DNA of 62,979 nucleotides, filler included, from Lenisia limosa (lineage: Eukaryota > Protista > Breviatea), in assembly GCA_001655205.1 (NCBI GenBank). It is 8 parts of 8 records of this genome, joined end to end, with 100 filler letters (N's around TTAATTAATTAA, not from the genome) between each part and the next. Parts side by side here need not be neighbours in the genome. Positions count along the whole stretch, not along the records: positions 1 to 19,671 come from LPNZ01011145.1; positions 19,772 to 23,169 come from LPNZ01008794.1; positions 23,270 to 25,494 come from LPNZ01008562.1; 5 more parts are not named here. The stretch is one strand, 5' to 3'. Shown here piece by piece: positions 11,501 to 23,757 of the stretch; the first letter of the stretch is position 1; every line of letters starts with the position of its first letter. The notes under the pieces are model-generated. The model did no database searches, was not told where the DNA came from, and saw only the letters and a list, made by a program, of their open reading frames with translations. Position numbers and translations under genes: made by a program.

Positions 11501-14500
11501 TGCCAGCCCTTTGGATGGATTTTGTTTGATTTGACTTCCGCAGGTGCGTCAAGATGTGGAGTTCCAAAGAGCAATGCATGACGTCACGACAACTCTCAAA
11601 ACCGACTTTGAGCAGGTAAGTCATCCCCATGATAGAGTAAATGTCCCTAACACACACACATTGCTGGGCTATTGACGCTACAGGTGACGCAGTACTCAGT
11701 GACACTCCATGACCTGCGGCGGATCTACGAATATGACCAGCTGAGTGCCGAGGAGAAGGACCAGGACGGCATAGAGATGGATGCAGAGGTGGGCATACGA
11801 TTTTTTTACGGATACCAAAAACAATACTTCCGCCCCCTCTTCTAAGCGATTAATAACGTCACATTGATAAAGTTTTGTACTGTTCATAAACAAGCCCTTT
11901 AAACCAAGCCTCACGATTAACATCCTAGGAGCTGAAGGGGGCAATTGAGGTGTGCAAACGCTGGTCCTTTGACAGTGAACGCACACGAACAATCCACGTA
12001 CTCGGTCTTTTCTCCCTCGATGCCAAGAAGCTCAAGGTAAGTTCAGTTCAGTTCAGTTCAGTTCAGTTGCTGATAATTCAGAGCATCCTGCTACCCATCC
12101 CAGTTGCCAGGCTTCAGCGCCTTTTCGGCCGTCTTATCCAAAAGTCATATTCTGCTGATAGAAATGCCCTGACTGAATTGAATAAATACTCCGAGGTGGG
12201 GGTTCCACAAACAACAAAGGGGGTCCAGATTATTTCAGTGTGTTTTCTGGTTCTCAAATTGTTTCCGTGTGTTTTCTTGTTCTCAAAACCCCACTGGCCT
12301 GGGTATCAGAATCAATGCGATGTTGACGGTGTAGGCCCTGTCACAAAGACCGACTAAACTTCGTGATTTCGCTGAATTCATGGCTATTGTATGTGGGGCT
12401 GCTATAATCTTATCGGTTTTCCCAAGCAATCTCCTTACATGCGGTTTTGCAGGTAAACGAAGTGGAGAAGAGGGACAAGGAGATCACAGATCTGCTCACG
12501 AACGCGGACTGCTTGCTAGGGTTGATCAGTGAAAACGACGTCAAAGTGGGGGGCTATATGTCATGCATTCGTATTTTAAGCTTGGAACTTTGGAGATGAG
12601 ATGGCGTTCACTGCTCAGACCCCCATGGCAAACCAGGTGCTCAGAGATGACCTTGTTGAAGCAAGAAACGTTGGGGGCGTTGAATTGATCTTATTGTGGC
12701 ACTTTTAGTCTTGAATTTGAGACAAGTGATAACCCATTCAGACATTCGAGGCCAATCTACAGCAAGGCTTGCTCTACATCACAACCAACAAGGACATCCA
12801 AGTGGGCACCTCGGTATTACTATTGCTCAATTCACTATGTCATCTGAAAGTTGTATATTGGTGATGCTGCCTTAGAAGTCTGTATAGTGTCCGGCCTAAA
12901 TTGCAGCATTCCCTGGGATGAGGTTTTTCTTCTCCATTGTAATCCATACTATATACTACGATGTTTGTTGCTTTTGTGAATAGGGTTTGATGGTTTTACT
13001 CACCCCCCCCCCCCCCNNNNNNNNNNNNNNNNNNNNNNNNNNNNNNNNNNNNNNNNNNNNNNNNNNNNNNNNNNNNNNNNNNNNNNNNNNNNNNNNNNNN
13101 NNNNNNNNNNNNNCCTCAAGATGGAAATTCAGGTTCGAGAATGACTGGTGGTTTGTTATTGAGAAGAGCATTTACACCTTCCCTGTCCATTGACTGAGCA
13201 GACATCCGTCTTCAATGACGCTCCGACGGCCACTTCAGTTGCCTGCCACCAGGTAGGTATTGTTGTTGTGAGCTGACTGAGACAAATGAATGGGTGACTT
13301 AATATGATACTATAATCCAATATCTCTTATTAGCGTGATGGTGTGGACGGCGTACTGATCACCTCCAGGTTGAGAGACTCATGGGCCAGGTCCAAGAGAC
13401 CCAGGCCAAGGCAGACCAGTTCAATGAATGGCGCTCCATCATGGATGCCGACCGTGGGGAGGGATTACAAAGGAGCTCATGATGGAGGGTTCGAACCCCA
13501 TTTGTTGTTAGTATAATCTAAAAGCTTAATTCTTTTCAACCTTTTCAAGCCATTTTACGGAATAGAACGAGCCTTCCCGGTTCTGGATAATCTGTCAGAC
13601 GCCCTTGTTCTGAAGGTCAGTTGCATGCTATGGATACGAAAGCCACGACTGTTTTCATTGCTATGGATACGAAAGCCACGACTGTTTTCATTGCTATGAA
13701 TACGAAAGCCACGACTGTTTTCATTGTGACGTCTTAGGGCGAAGTGTGGACGGCTTTGGACACCCTCGGGCACCACACATCTGCCTGGCTGTCTGCACCC
13801 TTCGCTGCTCTCGATTGCTCGCTCATAGCGTCCGAAATCGACTCAAGAACTTTGGTGCGTCTGAGCGCAAAAGCGTTGCTGTTCGATTTACTAATCAACA
13901 GTTATCCTTCTCTTNNNNNNNNNNNNNNNNNNNNNNNNNNNNNNNNNNNNNNNNNNNNNNNNNNNNNNNNNNNNNNNNNNNNNNNNNNNNNNNNNNNNNN
14001 NNNNNNNNNNNNNNNNNNNNNNNNNNNNNNNNNNNNNNNNNNNNNNNNNNNNNNNNNNNNNNNNNNNNNGGTGGAAGTCGAGGCGTTTAGGTGGGTACTG
14101 GTCGGGACGGAATTGGGTGTGTTATTAGGCACAGGTTTTCTCGGGGTTCTGTTCCAATCCAAGCCTTTGACTTGAGATATTGGCCTTTTCTCATTGCCTC
14201 AGACGATACAGTGGCCTCATCAATGACCTCGGCAACCCCCTCCTCTGGTACGGGGCTTTTCTGATGGGGGAGTCTCTTTCGTTCAATACAGGGGATAGGG
14301 GTAGGGGATATTGGGCGTTTGTTTTATTCTCTCCGTAATAAACGATGACGTCTCTTCACCCGTTCAGCACGAGACACTGGACAGCTATCTTCGCACTTAT
14401 TCGCCAGGTATGCGGGTTATTTAGCCCGTCCACCCATGCATGACCTTCATTCTTGGACATTGACCTTCATCTTTGGATCTTGACCTCCATCCTTGACCCA

Positions 14501-17500
14501 TCTAGTCATTTGTATCGCTGGAGGCCTTCTCATTGAGAGACCTCATTAGCCTCGGTATTGAAACTCACAGAGGCGCAATTGCTGACATATCCGCTAGGGC
14601 TTCGGGTGGGTCATCGAGTCTGTTATTATTATGCTACATAGACACTTCTACCAATCTACCCGATATGATTTCTCCTTTGCGTTCCACCACTGAATTTTTT
14701 GTACCAACTAGAATTTCACTTCGGTTCGAAAAAAGACTGAATTTATCGATAAATCCTCGAAAACTATCGATATTTTACTGGTCTTTTTCGAACCGAAGTG
14801 AAGCCCAACTAACAACTTCGCAGGAGAAGCAGCATTGGCTGAAAATGTCAACAAGATTGACCAGTATTGGAGCAACGCGTCCTTCACCCTTGTCAACCAC
14901 TTGGTAGGCCTCTACAACTGGAGGTTCCTGCTGGATTCCTGTTAGATCTCTATAACGATTCAGTCGACGGAAAAAGACGAGTCAGCCTCCCCGCGGCCTT
15001 CGCAGGAAGAAGCCTTTGTTTTCACCGATGTTGACGATCTCATCACCAATCTCGATGACGCACAGGTCAGCGTTATTGCCAATGCTCAGTCCATGTTCAG
15101 CGTTCTTGTCATGCTCAGCATTGCTCAGCGTTCTTGCGTTCTTGTCATGCTCAGCATTGCTCAGCATTATTGGCCATGCTCAGCGTTATTGTCATGCTTA
15201 GCATTATTGTCCATGCTCGGTATTATTGTGTCCATGCTCAGTATTATTGCTTTTACCACCACCGTCACCCCCCCAGGTCCAGTTGCAGACCATGTTGGCT
15301 TCAAGACATGTTCGGCCGATCCGAGCAGTGGTCGAGTCGTGGGTCACAAGGCTGTCCCTCTTCGCCGAGACTCTGGGTGGGGACGCGTAATGATCGTGCT
15401 TGATGGATAACCCTAGGGCTTCCCTGCGGTCCCAAAAAGACTGAATTTCTCGATTAATCCTTGATAAAAATTGATATTTGGCCGGTCTTTTTCGGCCCTC
15501 AGACGAGGCCTTAATACCCTCAGACGAGGCCATGGCAGTGCAGCGCCGGTGGACTTTCCTTCTGCCGGTCTTCACGCAGCAAGACATACAGGTCAGTCGT
15601 CACCGAAAAAGAGTTGCGATCTTGGCAGTCTTGCAAATAATTAACGCTCCCTCCAGCGTCAGTTGGCCGTCCAAGCACGACAGTTCCAAAGAGGGGACCG
15701 TCTCTTCCGCTCAGTCACTCGCTCAGTGCACCAGCAGCCGAAGGTGGGTATAGAGCCCAGCAGCCGAAGGTGGATATAGAGCCCAGCAGCCGAAGGTGAA
15801 TATAGAGCCCGGGGGTGGGGCGCTCTGTTTTCTTCTTTTGACTAAATGGTTGTTTCATTACCTCCCATAATTGAACAGCCCTCATAATCCGTAAATGTTG
15901 AACTTCATACATTTCACTTGCCATTACATCCTAGGTGTTGGCCATTTTTGGCGTTCAAGAAGCCGTCCTGACCCAGCTTCAGGAATGCAGCAAGGTGGGT
16001 GTTGATTGCGCCTTCTCTTATGTCATTAATATCCCTCAGGCACTTGAGTCAGTGGAGAAGTCCCTTGCCGATTATCTGGAGGTCAAGCGAATGGCCTTCC
16101 CAAGGCTCTACTTCCTTTCTGATGTTGGCTTGGCTGTGTCTCCTGTTCCCCTTGTTCCCTTGTTTCCTTACAATAACCCGATACAGCCTGAACTGCTAGA
16201 CCTTCTCAGTGCTGGGACCGATATTGTGGCTGCTGCTCCGCATNNNNNNNNNNNNNNNNNNNNNNNNNNNNNNNNNNNNNNNNNNNNNNNNNNNNNNNNN
16301 NNNNNNNNNNNNNNNNNNNNNNNNNNGCTTCCAACAACTGTCTCACATTACGGTTTTAGATTGTGTCACTGGAAACGATCACTGACAATGACAAAGTGCT
16401 GGTTACAGGTGCAAAGTGGGGGGATGCGCAGTTCGCCATTGCACGATAAGCATATTCACACGTCATTTACACATTTACACGTCAGAACCGCTATTGGAGA
16501 AGTGCTTCAATTCACAGCCCCGCTCTTACCCAAGGGGCAGCCTGAGGTCTGGCTGCTTGCTCTGGAGCGTGTTATCCAGGTTGGCATTAGAGGGGCGTTA
16601 TCCAATCTCTTCACATCGAAGTACTTACCCGGTATTAGAGCTCCTTAGCGGATAAGTTCCGCAATTGTCTGCAGCAATCTCCGGACACTCCCAAGGTATG
16701 GGGTCTGTGTGTGGGGGGTTACGGTTGCTTTGTTGTGGAGCAGTTGTCACCCCCCCCCCCAGGCCGAATGGNNNNNNNNNNNNNNNNNNNNNNNNNNNNN
16801 NNNNNNNNNNNNNNNNNNNNNNNNNNNNNNNNNNNNNNNNNNGCATCTCGTGTGGACGCATGCGGCCGCTGCCGCTTTGACCGCAATGGAGGACGAACTT
16901 AACCCGTGGGTGACATGGCTTTAGACAACCTAGTCTCTCATTCCTTTGGCCAACCAAGCCTCTTAGACAACCAAACCTCTCATCTCTTTAGACAAGCGTT
17001 GATTCAGTTTGCCAGTTTCCACCAAGGCCTGATGGACGCTCTAGTTTCCCTCCCACGGAGACCATTAGAGCCGCAGCATCGCCTGGTTTGGAGGGGGGCT
17101 TTTTGGAACAGTTTCGAACATTCGTTCATGAGATTTGCGGTAAATACTATTTCTTTCATGGGGTTTGCGGCATGTTTCCTTTTTTCTTTGATTCCATTTC
17201 AAGAAATAAGTTACTGACTCAACAGACAGTCACCAATTTACTGACTTTAAACGTGCATCTGAGAGACGCGTTGCAAGGTGGAGGGAGAGGGTCACATCAA
17301 GGTAGAAATGACTGGGTGTATGATAGGCCCTTCTTTTATTGCTTCAAGCCCTTGTGTATGGTTTTTTTTGGAGTTGAACCCTCAGATTTACTGAAGAACA
17401 ACGTACAGTCTGTCAGCGACTTCCACTGGCTCAAACTCCTCAGGTAGCCATGGACTGATTTGGACGGTTCATTCGGACTGGATCGTTTGTACTTTATGTT

Positions 17501-19488
17501 TTGTGTTGGAGTTTCAGTTTCGATTCTCGCAGATTCTTACCTCCGAGGTTTTACTGGGATGATGACGTGGCATCTTGTGTTGTGCGTCAGACGTCAGCAT
17601 CGCTAACCTACGGGTAGGAGGGTGTTTTCGATGATTATGTGCTCAGATACGACTTTTAGATTTTTACCCCCCCCCCCAGATACGAGTACTTCGGGCCATC
17701 GTCACGCCTGGTGANNNNNNNNNNNNNNNNNNNNNNNNNNNNNNNNNNNNNNNNNNNNCAACACGGGTGCACATCTCTCTCACGTCGTCGCTTGCGTTGG
17801 CTATGGGGGCAGCACCTTCTGGTCCGGCAGGTATGGGGGTGAACAAACATAGCAATATTCACTCCAACTTATAATCGTTTTTATGTTTTTGTCATCTGGT
17901 TTTTGTCTAGTTTTAGCGTTTATTACTCGTGTTTGTTATTACTTGTTTTTTGTTTGTTGTTTGGAGTTTCAGATAATTTGGTTCGTGATTAGTACCTTTA
18001 CGCCAATATTCTTCATCGAAATGTCCTTCGTTTTACTCCCCTCTCCCAGGAACCGGTAAAACAGAGACGGTCAAGGACCTTGCAAAGATGATCGGTCGAA
18101 GGTGTATTGTGCTCAACTGTTCCGACGGACTTGGTGGGTGTATTTCGGCTGATATTGTTGTTGTTCATTGGCGGTGTCAACTGATACAACCTGACATACT
18201 CTCTTGTTGTACTGCAGTGCTACTTATTAATATGACATCTCTAACACCGTAGTTGTGGATATGATGGCACGCGTGTTCAGCGGACTTGTTCAGACCGGGT
18301 CATGGGCCTGTTTCGATGAGTTCAACAGATTGGATGTGTCTGTCCTCTCCGTTGTAGCCCAAGAGGTAGGCAGTGACAAAACAAGTAGTCAAGGTACGGT
18401 GTAATATGAATTATATCATGATCTTTTGATGTGAGATCTCTTTTGTCAATTACCTCAGGTATTAACGATTCAATCTGCTCTTGTGGGGCAGCAGACTGAG
18501 TTCATGTTCGAAGGCAATACCATTCCTCTCAACGCCAATTACGGATGTTTCATCACACTCAATCCGGGTAGGCTTGGAGCACTGGTTACCATATAAAGTA
18601 CACACAGTAATTGACCCGATATTAGGTTACAGCGGGCGAAGCGAATTGCCCTCTAACTTGGAGGCTCTTTTCAGGCCCGTTGCAATGGTGGGTCCAGGGG
18701 GGGGGGGNNNNNNNNNNNNNNNNNNNNNNNNNNNNNNNNNNNNNNNNNNNNNNNNNNNNNNNNNNNNNNNNNNNNNNNNNNNNNNNNNNNNNNNNNNNNN
18801 NNNNNNCCTCTTACATTAGACTCGAAACCTCACCTCTTAAATGAGACTCGAAACCTCTTACAACTGACAACACAGGTTGTTCCGGATTCCATTGTCATTG
18901 CAGAGGTGTCACTGTTCTCACTAGGTTGGAATGCTGACGGTGTATCATCAGCGCTGACACCCCAGGCTTCATGTCAGCTCCCCAAATGTCTCGAGCCATG
19001 GTGTCTTGTTACCGTCTGGCCTCGCAGCTTCTCTCCAGTCAGGTACATTACGACTGGGGCCTGAGAGCGCTGAAGACCGTTTTGGTCGCTGCAGGTGTGA
19101 GGAGGAGATAGCGAATTTCCCGAGTTTCCTTTCACCTTGTTCAGCTCAATCGAGTTTCCTTTAACCTTGTGTAGCGCAATCGCGGTCGTCCCAGGACAAT
19201 AAACTACTTGACGACAGCACCTCCAATCTGGACGCCTTTATTTCGGCAGCTGCTGAGGCGGGTGATGAGGTTGGCTGGACTTTGATTATGGGAACTTTTT
19301 CTCATTTTTTCTTACCTTTGAACAACTGACTATATGAGGCAATTGAGAAAGATCACAGGAACAACTCACTTTATTAGGCAATTGAGAAAGACCAGCTAGT
19401 TGCGGCTCTTCTTGCGGCAAATAAGCCGAAATTGGTACCCCAGGATGTGGACACCTTCATGGATATCGTGAAAGATGTATTTTCCAAC
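8550..19488 (+). CDS. DNAH: Axonemal dynein heavy chain (inner-arm/DNAH6-like), tail, linker and AAA1; truncated by the scaffold end
   Basis: Exons encode KFVHLNR..FR|[31 protein letters not shown]|[52 protein letters not shown]|[13 protein letters not shown] (AAA1 Walker A), [10 protein letters not shown] (Walker B), [22 protein letters not shown] and [13 protein letters not shown]. Confidence 0.95.
13627..13725. repeat. 33-bp tandem repeat x3 (intronic)
   Basis: Unit gctatg(g/a)atacgaaagccacgactgttttcatt. Confidence 0.92.
15080..15250. repeat. Degenerate tandem repeat of about 19 bp (intronic)
   Basis: Recurring catgctcagc(g/a)tt(a/c)ttg(t/g) units. Confidence 0.75.
17945..18049 (+). repeat. 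Intronic 3'-splice-site repeat, subfamily A
   Basis: GGAGTTTCAGAT..TTCGTGATTAGTACCTTTACGCCAATATTCTTCATCGAAATTTCCTTCGTTTTAC-C(n)-AG. Copies at 1095-1196, 7760-7820, 23478-23633 and 27650-27722 (+), and 51420-51510 and 56205-56275 (-). Confidence 0.88.
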
Positions 19489-19671
19489 GTGAGGAGTTGG
19501 ATAGTTGTCGGGTCAACGGGTATGTCATTTATAGTCACATTTGGTGATAGTGTGGGCGTACGTTGGATTTCTACATAATAATATATGTATGCTGGGGAGG
19601 CACGCAGAAAGCTGTGTACACAGAGTTTTAAGGCAAATGATTGGGTGAATTAATATAATCCAATATCTCTT

Positions 19672-19771
19672 NNNNNNNNNNNNNNNNNNNNNNNNNNNNN
19701 NNNNNNNNNNNNNNNTTAATTAATTAANNNNNNNNNNNNNNNNNNNNNNNNNNNNNNNNNNNNNNNNNNNN
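19672..19771. other. Artificial scaffold spacer 1
   Basis: N44 + TTAATTAATTAA (19716-19727, stops in all six frames) + N44 = exactly 100 nt. Confidence 0.97.
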
Positions 19772-22700
19772 ACTCTGGATGTTCCGCCGGCCTCGGCAGT
19801 GGCGGCAACGAAGCAGGCTGTCATCTGCATTTGTGCCGACGGTAAGGCGCGTCGTCATATACTGCATTTGTCATAATTAGGGCTTCCCCACGGTCCCAAA
19901 AAAGAACGAATATATCATCTATGTAGCTAATATTACGACTAGGGCTTCCCTACAGTCCGAAAAAGACCGTTGAAATATCGATATGTCAGGGATTTATCGA
20001 TATATACGTTCTTTTACATCATCAGCTTTTTTTTTTTGACCGGAGAGATACCCAACCTAATTAGGGCTTCCCTTCGGTCACAAAAAGAGTGGATTTATCA
20101 AGAGATTCGGTCTTTTAGTAACCATAAAAAAGCCCTAACCGTAATAGACTCCGCGTAATGTTATCATTGCCTTTAAATTAAACCGGCTAAGTCTCTTTTT
20201 AGGGCCTTGATTATTCATCCCCTGTAGAGCTCTACGTGTTTGGCCGAGCTTCAAAGCATCCCCTCTCCAACGCTTACCAAGAATTCCAGCATACCAAGGT
20301 CAGATGGCTAGTGGTAGACCCCCCTCGAATTGCTTCCCTCATTTTTATTCATGTGATTATATTGGAAAAATACTGTGCTGTAATTAGGGCTTCACTTCGG
20401 TTCGAAAAAACTCGGAAAAATATCGATAGTTTTTGAGGATTAATCGAGACATTCAGTCTTTTTTCAAACCGAAGTGAAGCCCTTCTTTTGGATATGGGTC
20501 AACATATCGGATGAATATTTCCTCACCCGGGCAGGTTGATCTCTCGTCCTACGGTTCCGTAGTCCCCACACACATCTCCTCCTCCCCCCTCAACGACTCG
20601 TTCATTGTCCATGCAACAAGACACTTCAGTGAGAGGCTTTTCTTCCATAGCATCTGATTTAGTACAAGATGAGGGTTTCACTTCAGCTCAAAAAAGATTG
20701 ATAAAGTCCATTATTCATCAATATTAAATGTATATCTGTAACCCCTTTTCACACTGTAATTACACATATGATGGATCTGTAACCATTTTAACATCACAAC
20801 ACACATTTCTGCACTATATCACGGGATTGTGATATTGCAGGACAGTTAGTGTTCCACGTTGCTGTGCGGCAGAGCGGTTTCTTCGAAGCCATACCCATCT
20901 CGGAGCTCCCGTCAAAAACAAACGTTTGTCAAGCTTCTTTTTTTTTTTTTTTNNNNNNNNNNNNNNNNNNNNNNNNNNNNNNNNNNNNNNNNNNNNNNNN
21001 NNNNNNNNNNNNNNNNNNNNNNNNNNNNNNNNNNNNCTCCTAATGTTAATATTATGATTTTGATATATTATATTATGTTTCACTCAACATCATATGCGTC
21101 AAGATGCAAATACATGAAGAAAATGACCATCCAGGTTGCCCTTGCAGCTGTTGGTGCTAATCACAGTGCTGCTGTCATGGGTAGGAAGGACCGGGGCGGG
21201 GGCACGTAATAAAACTTTTTTTAAAAAATAAAACAGACATTTATATTGGCTGATTTGCAAGGGTAGGAAGGACCGGGGTGTGGAGCTTCTTTTCGAATAT
21301 CGTTGTTGATAACTATCAGTGGATCCGAACAATATCAATGACTGGCTTCCCTACGATCCCAAAAAAGACTGAATTTCTCATTAAATCGTCAAAAATTATC
21401 GATATTGAGACGGTCTTTTTTTCGGACCGCAGGGAAGCCCTATCAATGACTCTTGGCTGTTTCTTTTAATCCAAGTACACTTTTGTCGTTTTCCTCACTT
21501 TACAATTTCTTTTTGTCTCCCTTTCTTCAACGTTTTTGCCCAAAGATCTTGGATTTGAATGGTGATCAACAACAAAAGAAAGCTGATCTCAAATCAGCTT
21601 CGATCTCGACTTAACCCTTAACCCGCCCCTTGTTTTAACCATTCAGATGACGGGCTCATTTTGAACTGGGGCGACAATGCTCGAGGACAACTCGGCACCA
21701 TGGGTATGTTTTGGGGAGTAGTAAATATGTCTATATAGCATCTGGCCGANNNNNNNNNNNNNNNNNNNNNNNNNNNNNNNNNNNNNNNNNNNNNNNNATA
21801 ATTATGTAATAAGTACATACTGGAAGGAGGGGGGGCTACTTTCATTCACACGACACCATCATTTCAGCAACAGGCCCTCTCAGATGCTCTCATTCCAATA
21901 TTTACAACCCTGATTAATACAAGTAGGGCTTCATTTCGATTCGAAAAAGAGTGAATTTTCAATAAATCGTCGAAAACTATCGACATTTTATGGTCTTTTT
22001 CGAACCGAAGTGAAGCCCTAAATACAAGTCACACGCACTACTATTCCAACAATTCACTTACCAGATTGCTACAATCGCGTCAGTGCAGTGCATCCTGAAA
22101 TCCCTGACCACGTAATTCCCCAAGTATGTTTCCAAAAATTATCTAGAAATGAGAAAGTATCAGCCTTTATATCACGTTGAAGATATTTATGCGAAATGAT
22201 TTATTCTATCTGGTTGCCTACCATTATGAGGATTGTGAACCCAGTGTTGTAAATAACTTTTTCTCAAGCTTGTACCTTACAACTAGGGCTTCCCTATGGT
22301 CCGAAAATCACCAGTAATATATCGATATTTAGGATTTATCCAGAAATCCAGTCTTTTTTGGGACGAAGTGAAGCCCTACACTACGTCGCATCGACTGTGG
22401 ATTCCCTTATATTATGGGAATTCCATAGATTTCTTTAAATTTCCATAAATATTCATGGGATCCCCATATAAAATGTGGGAATCCCAACGTTTTCACGAGA
22501 ATCCCAAGTCGATGCGCCGTAGTGTACTTACAACCCTATGTTATTGACCATTTAGTCCATTGCCTGTGGTACCTCCTTCTCTGTTATGGCAATTAGTGGG
22601 GAGGGGAGGGCGTAAAGATATATGGGAANNNNNNNNNNNNNNNNNNNNNNNNNNNNNNNNNNNNNNNNNNNNNNNNNNNNNNNNNNNNNNNNNNNNNNNN

Positions 22701-22990
22701 NNNNNNNNNNNNNNNNNNNNNNNNNNNNNNNNNNNNNNNNNNNNNNNNNNNNNNNNNNNNNNNNNNNNNNNNNNNNNNNNNNNNNNNNNNNNNNNNNAAG
22801 AGGGATAAAATGGACCATTTCAAAAAAGAAGCCCAACTCCGGATGTGTTGAATGCCCTCTTTTATTTCTCATCATCAGCAAATATTTATTTGCTCATTCC
22901 TTCAGCCCCACCCCACTCGGTCTCGTCACATTTGCGCAATATGTTGTTCTCCTCCAACCGGCCTGATACTGTCGTGCTGGTCGACTCTGT
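19772..22990 (+). CDS. RCC1-repeat protein, partial, possibly followed by a BTB-like domain
   Basis: Exons give ELYVFG (about 20226), VALAAVGANHSAAV (about 21133) and DGLILNWGDNARGQLG (21646-21704), matching the RCC1 repeat consensus. HLRNMLFSSNRPDTVVLV (about 22925) only weakly resembles a BTB start. Confidence 0.68.
21343..21442. mobile_element. hAT-type MITE family C copy
   Basis: Same TIR family; exact 8-bp TSD TCAATGAC (21335-21342 and 21443-21450). Confidence 0.9.
21924..22020. mobile_element. hAT-type MITE family C (about 100 bp), representative copy
   Basis: TIR TAGGGCTTCA(C/T)TTCG...CGAAGTGAAGCCCTA with an exact 8-bp TSD AATACAAG. Other copies lie near 14709, 15414, 19878, 19940, 20061, 20385, 27140, 29115, 29972, 31310, 48740, 49525, 49708, 50020, 50267, 50515, 56515, 62366 and 62536. 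Confidence 0.9.
22284..22526. mobile_element. hAT-type MITE family C copy with a second MITE nested in its terminal TA
   Basis: The C element occupies 22284-22378 and the nested element 22379-22524, followed by a duplicated TA. The TSD CTTACAAC is at 22276-22283 and 22527-22534. Confidence 0.88.
22379..22524. mobile_element. TA-targeting MITE with CACTACG(G/T)CGCATCGACT TIR
   Basis: Imperfect TIR of about 26 bp flanked by TA on both sides. A second, decayed copy is at 45576-45706. Confidence 0.82.
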
Positions 22991-23169
22991 GGGGGGTCTG
23001 GGTGGTTTAAAGAATTAGGGTGCTTTGGTGGTTCTTTGATTTTCTGTATTGATTATATGGCTTTGTTTAGTAGACATTTGTGTGCATTTGTTGTTTTTAT
23101 CCCTCCAAATTGACATTTGTTTTATCCCTAACCCTTTTGTTTAAGTTTCCATTTTACCCCCCCCCCCCT

Positions 23170-23269
23170 NNNNNNNNNNNNNNNNNNNNNNNNNNNNNNN
23201 NNNNNNNNNNNNNTTAATTAATTAANNNNNNNNNNNNNNNNNNNNNNNNNNNNNNNNNNNNNNNNNNNN
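23170..23269. other. Artificial scaffold spacer 2
   Basis: N44-TTAATTAATTAA(23214-23225)-N44. Confidence 0.97.
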
Positions 23270-23757
23270 CCGTCTGTTCTCCGGCACACGTTTTGCCATC
23301 TTCGGTCCCCCGGACTTCCAGGTAGGGGGGGCGACTTGCCTTATCTGGGGTGGAAAACTTGCCTTATATAGAGGGGGTGGGTTATACATCTACATGTCTC
23401 AGAGGGATGGAGTATGAAACAAGCCTTATTGAGGGGTAAGGTTACCTCCATTTCCTTCGTTGTACCCCCCACACGCTGGAGTGATGGGATGCGGTGCTGC
23501 AAAAGTGACGCTGGCCTGGGCTTTGTTTTTTTTTTTTCAGAAGTTTTTCAATTTTACGTGATTAGTAGTACCTTTATATCTAAGCCAATATTCTTCATGG
23601 AAATTTCCTTCGTTTTACCCCCTAATATTTCAGAATTTCTGGGGCATCATTCTCCAAGCCTGTGGGGCAAAAGTGGTGGAGCTCACATCGGCGCATATTG
23701 CGCGGAAACGCCCGGTTCTGACGCGGGCCTCATACCTGCAGGACTGTCTAAAAATGG
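23270..23757 (+). CDS. BRCT-domain protein fragment
   Basis: Exons 23270-23321 and 23634-about 23757 give RLFSGTRFAIFGPPDFQ|NFWGIILQACGAKVV...PVLTRASYLQDCLKMG, a BRCT pattern (LF.G..F, W..IL...GA, terminal DC). Confidence 0.55.

Noticed and set aside
13285-13360. Box C/D snoRNA interpretation of family E and of the A/B 5' block
   Set aside because: The TGATG and CTGA-like boxes are degenerate, and the terminal CTGA is not conserved among copies. No rRNA-complementary guide was recognisable by eye.
13470-13500. tRNA gene or tRNA-derived SINE (GGTTCGAACCC; GGTTCGAA also occurs in MITE C)
   Set aside because: No A-box or cloverleaf can be built, and in family C the motif is part of the TIR.
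13744-14175. Antisense nested gene inside a dynein intron
   Set aside because: The + strand encodes recognisable dynein linker exons ([25 protein letters not shown]; VEAFR|[15 protein letters not shown]|TRHW). The antisense openness is a shadow.
22379-22524. Assignment to the CACTA/EnSpm superfamily
   Set aside because: The nested insertion shows a TA duplication, which fits Tc1/mariner better. The classification is left open.
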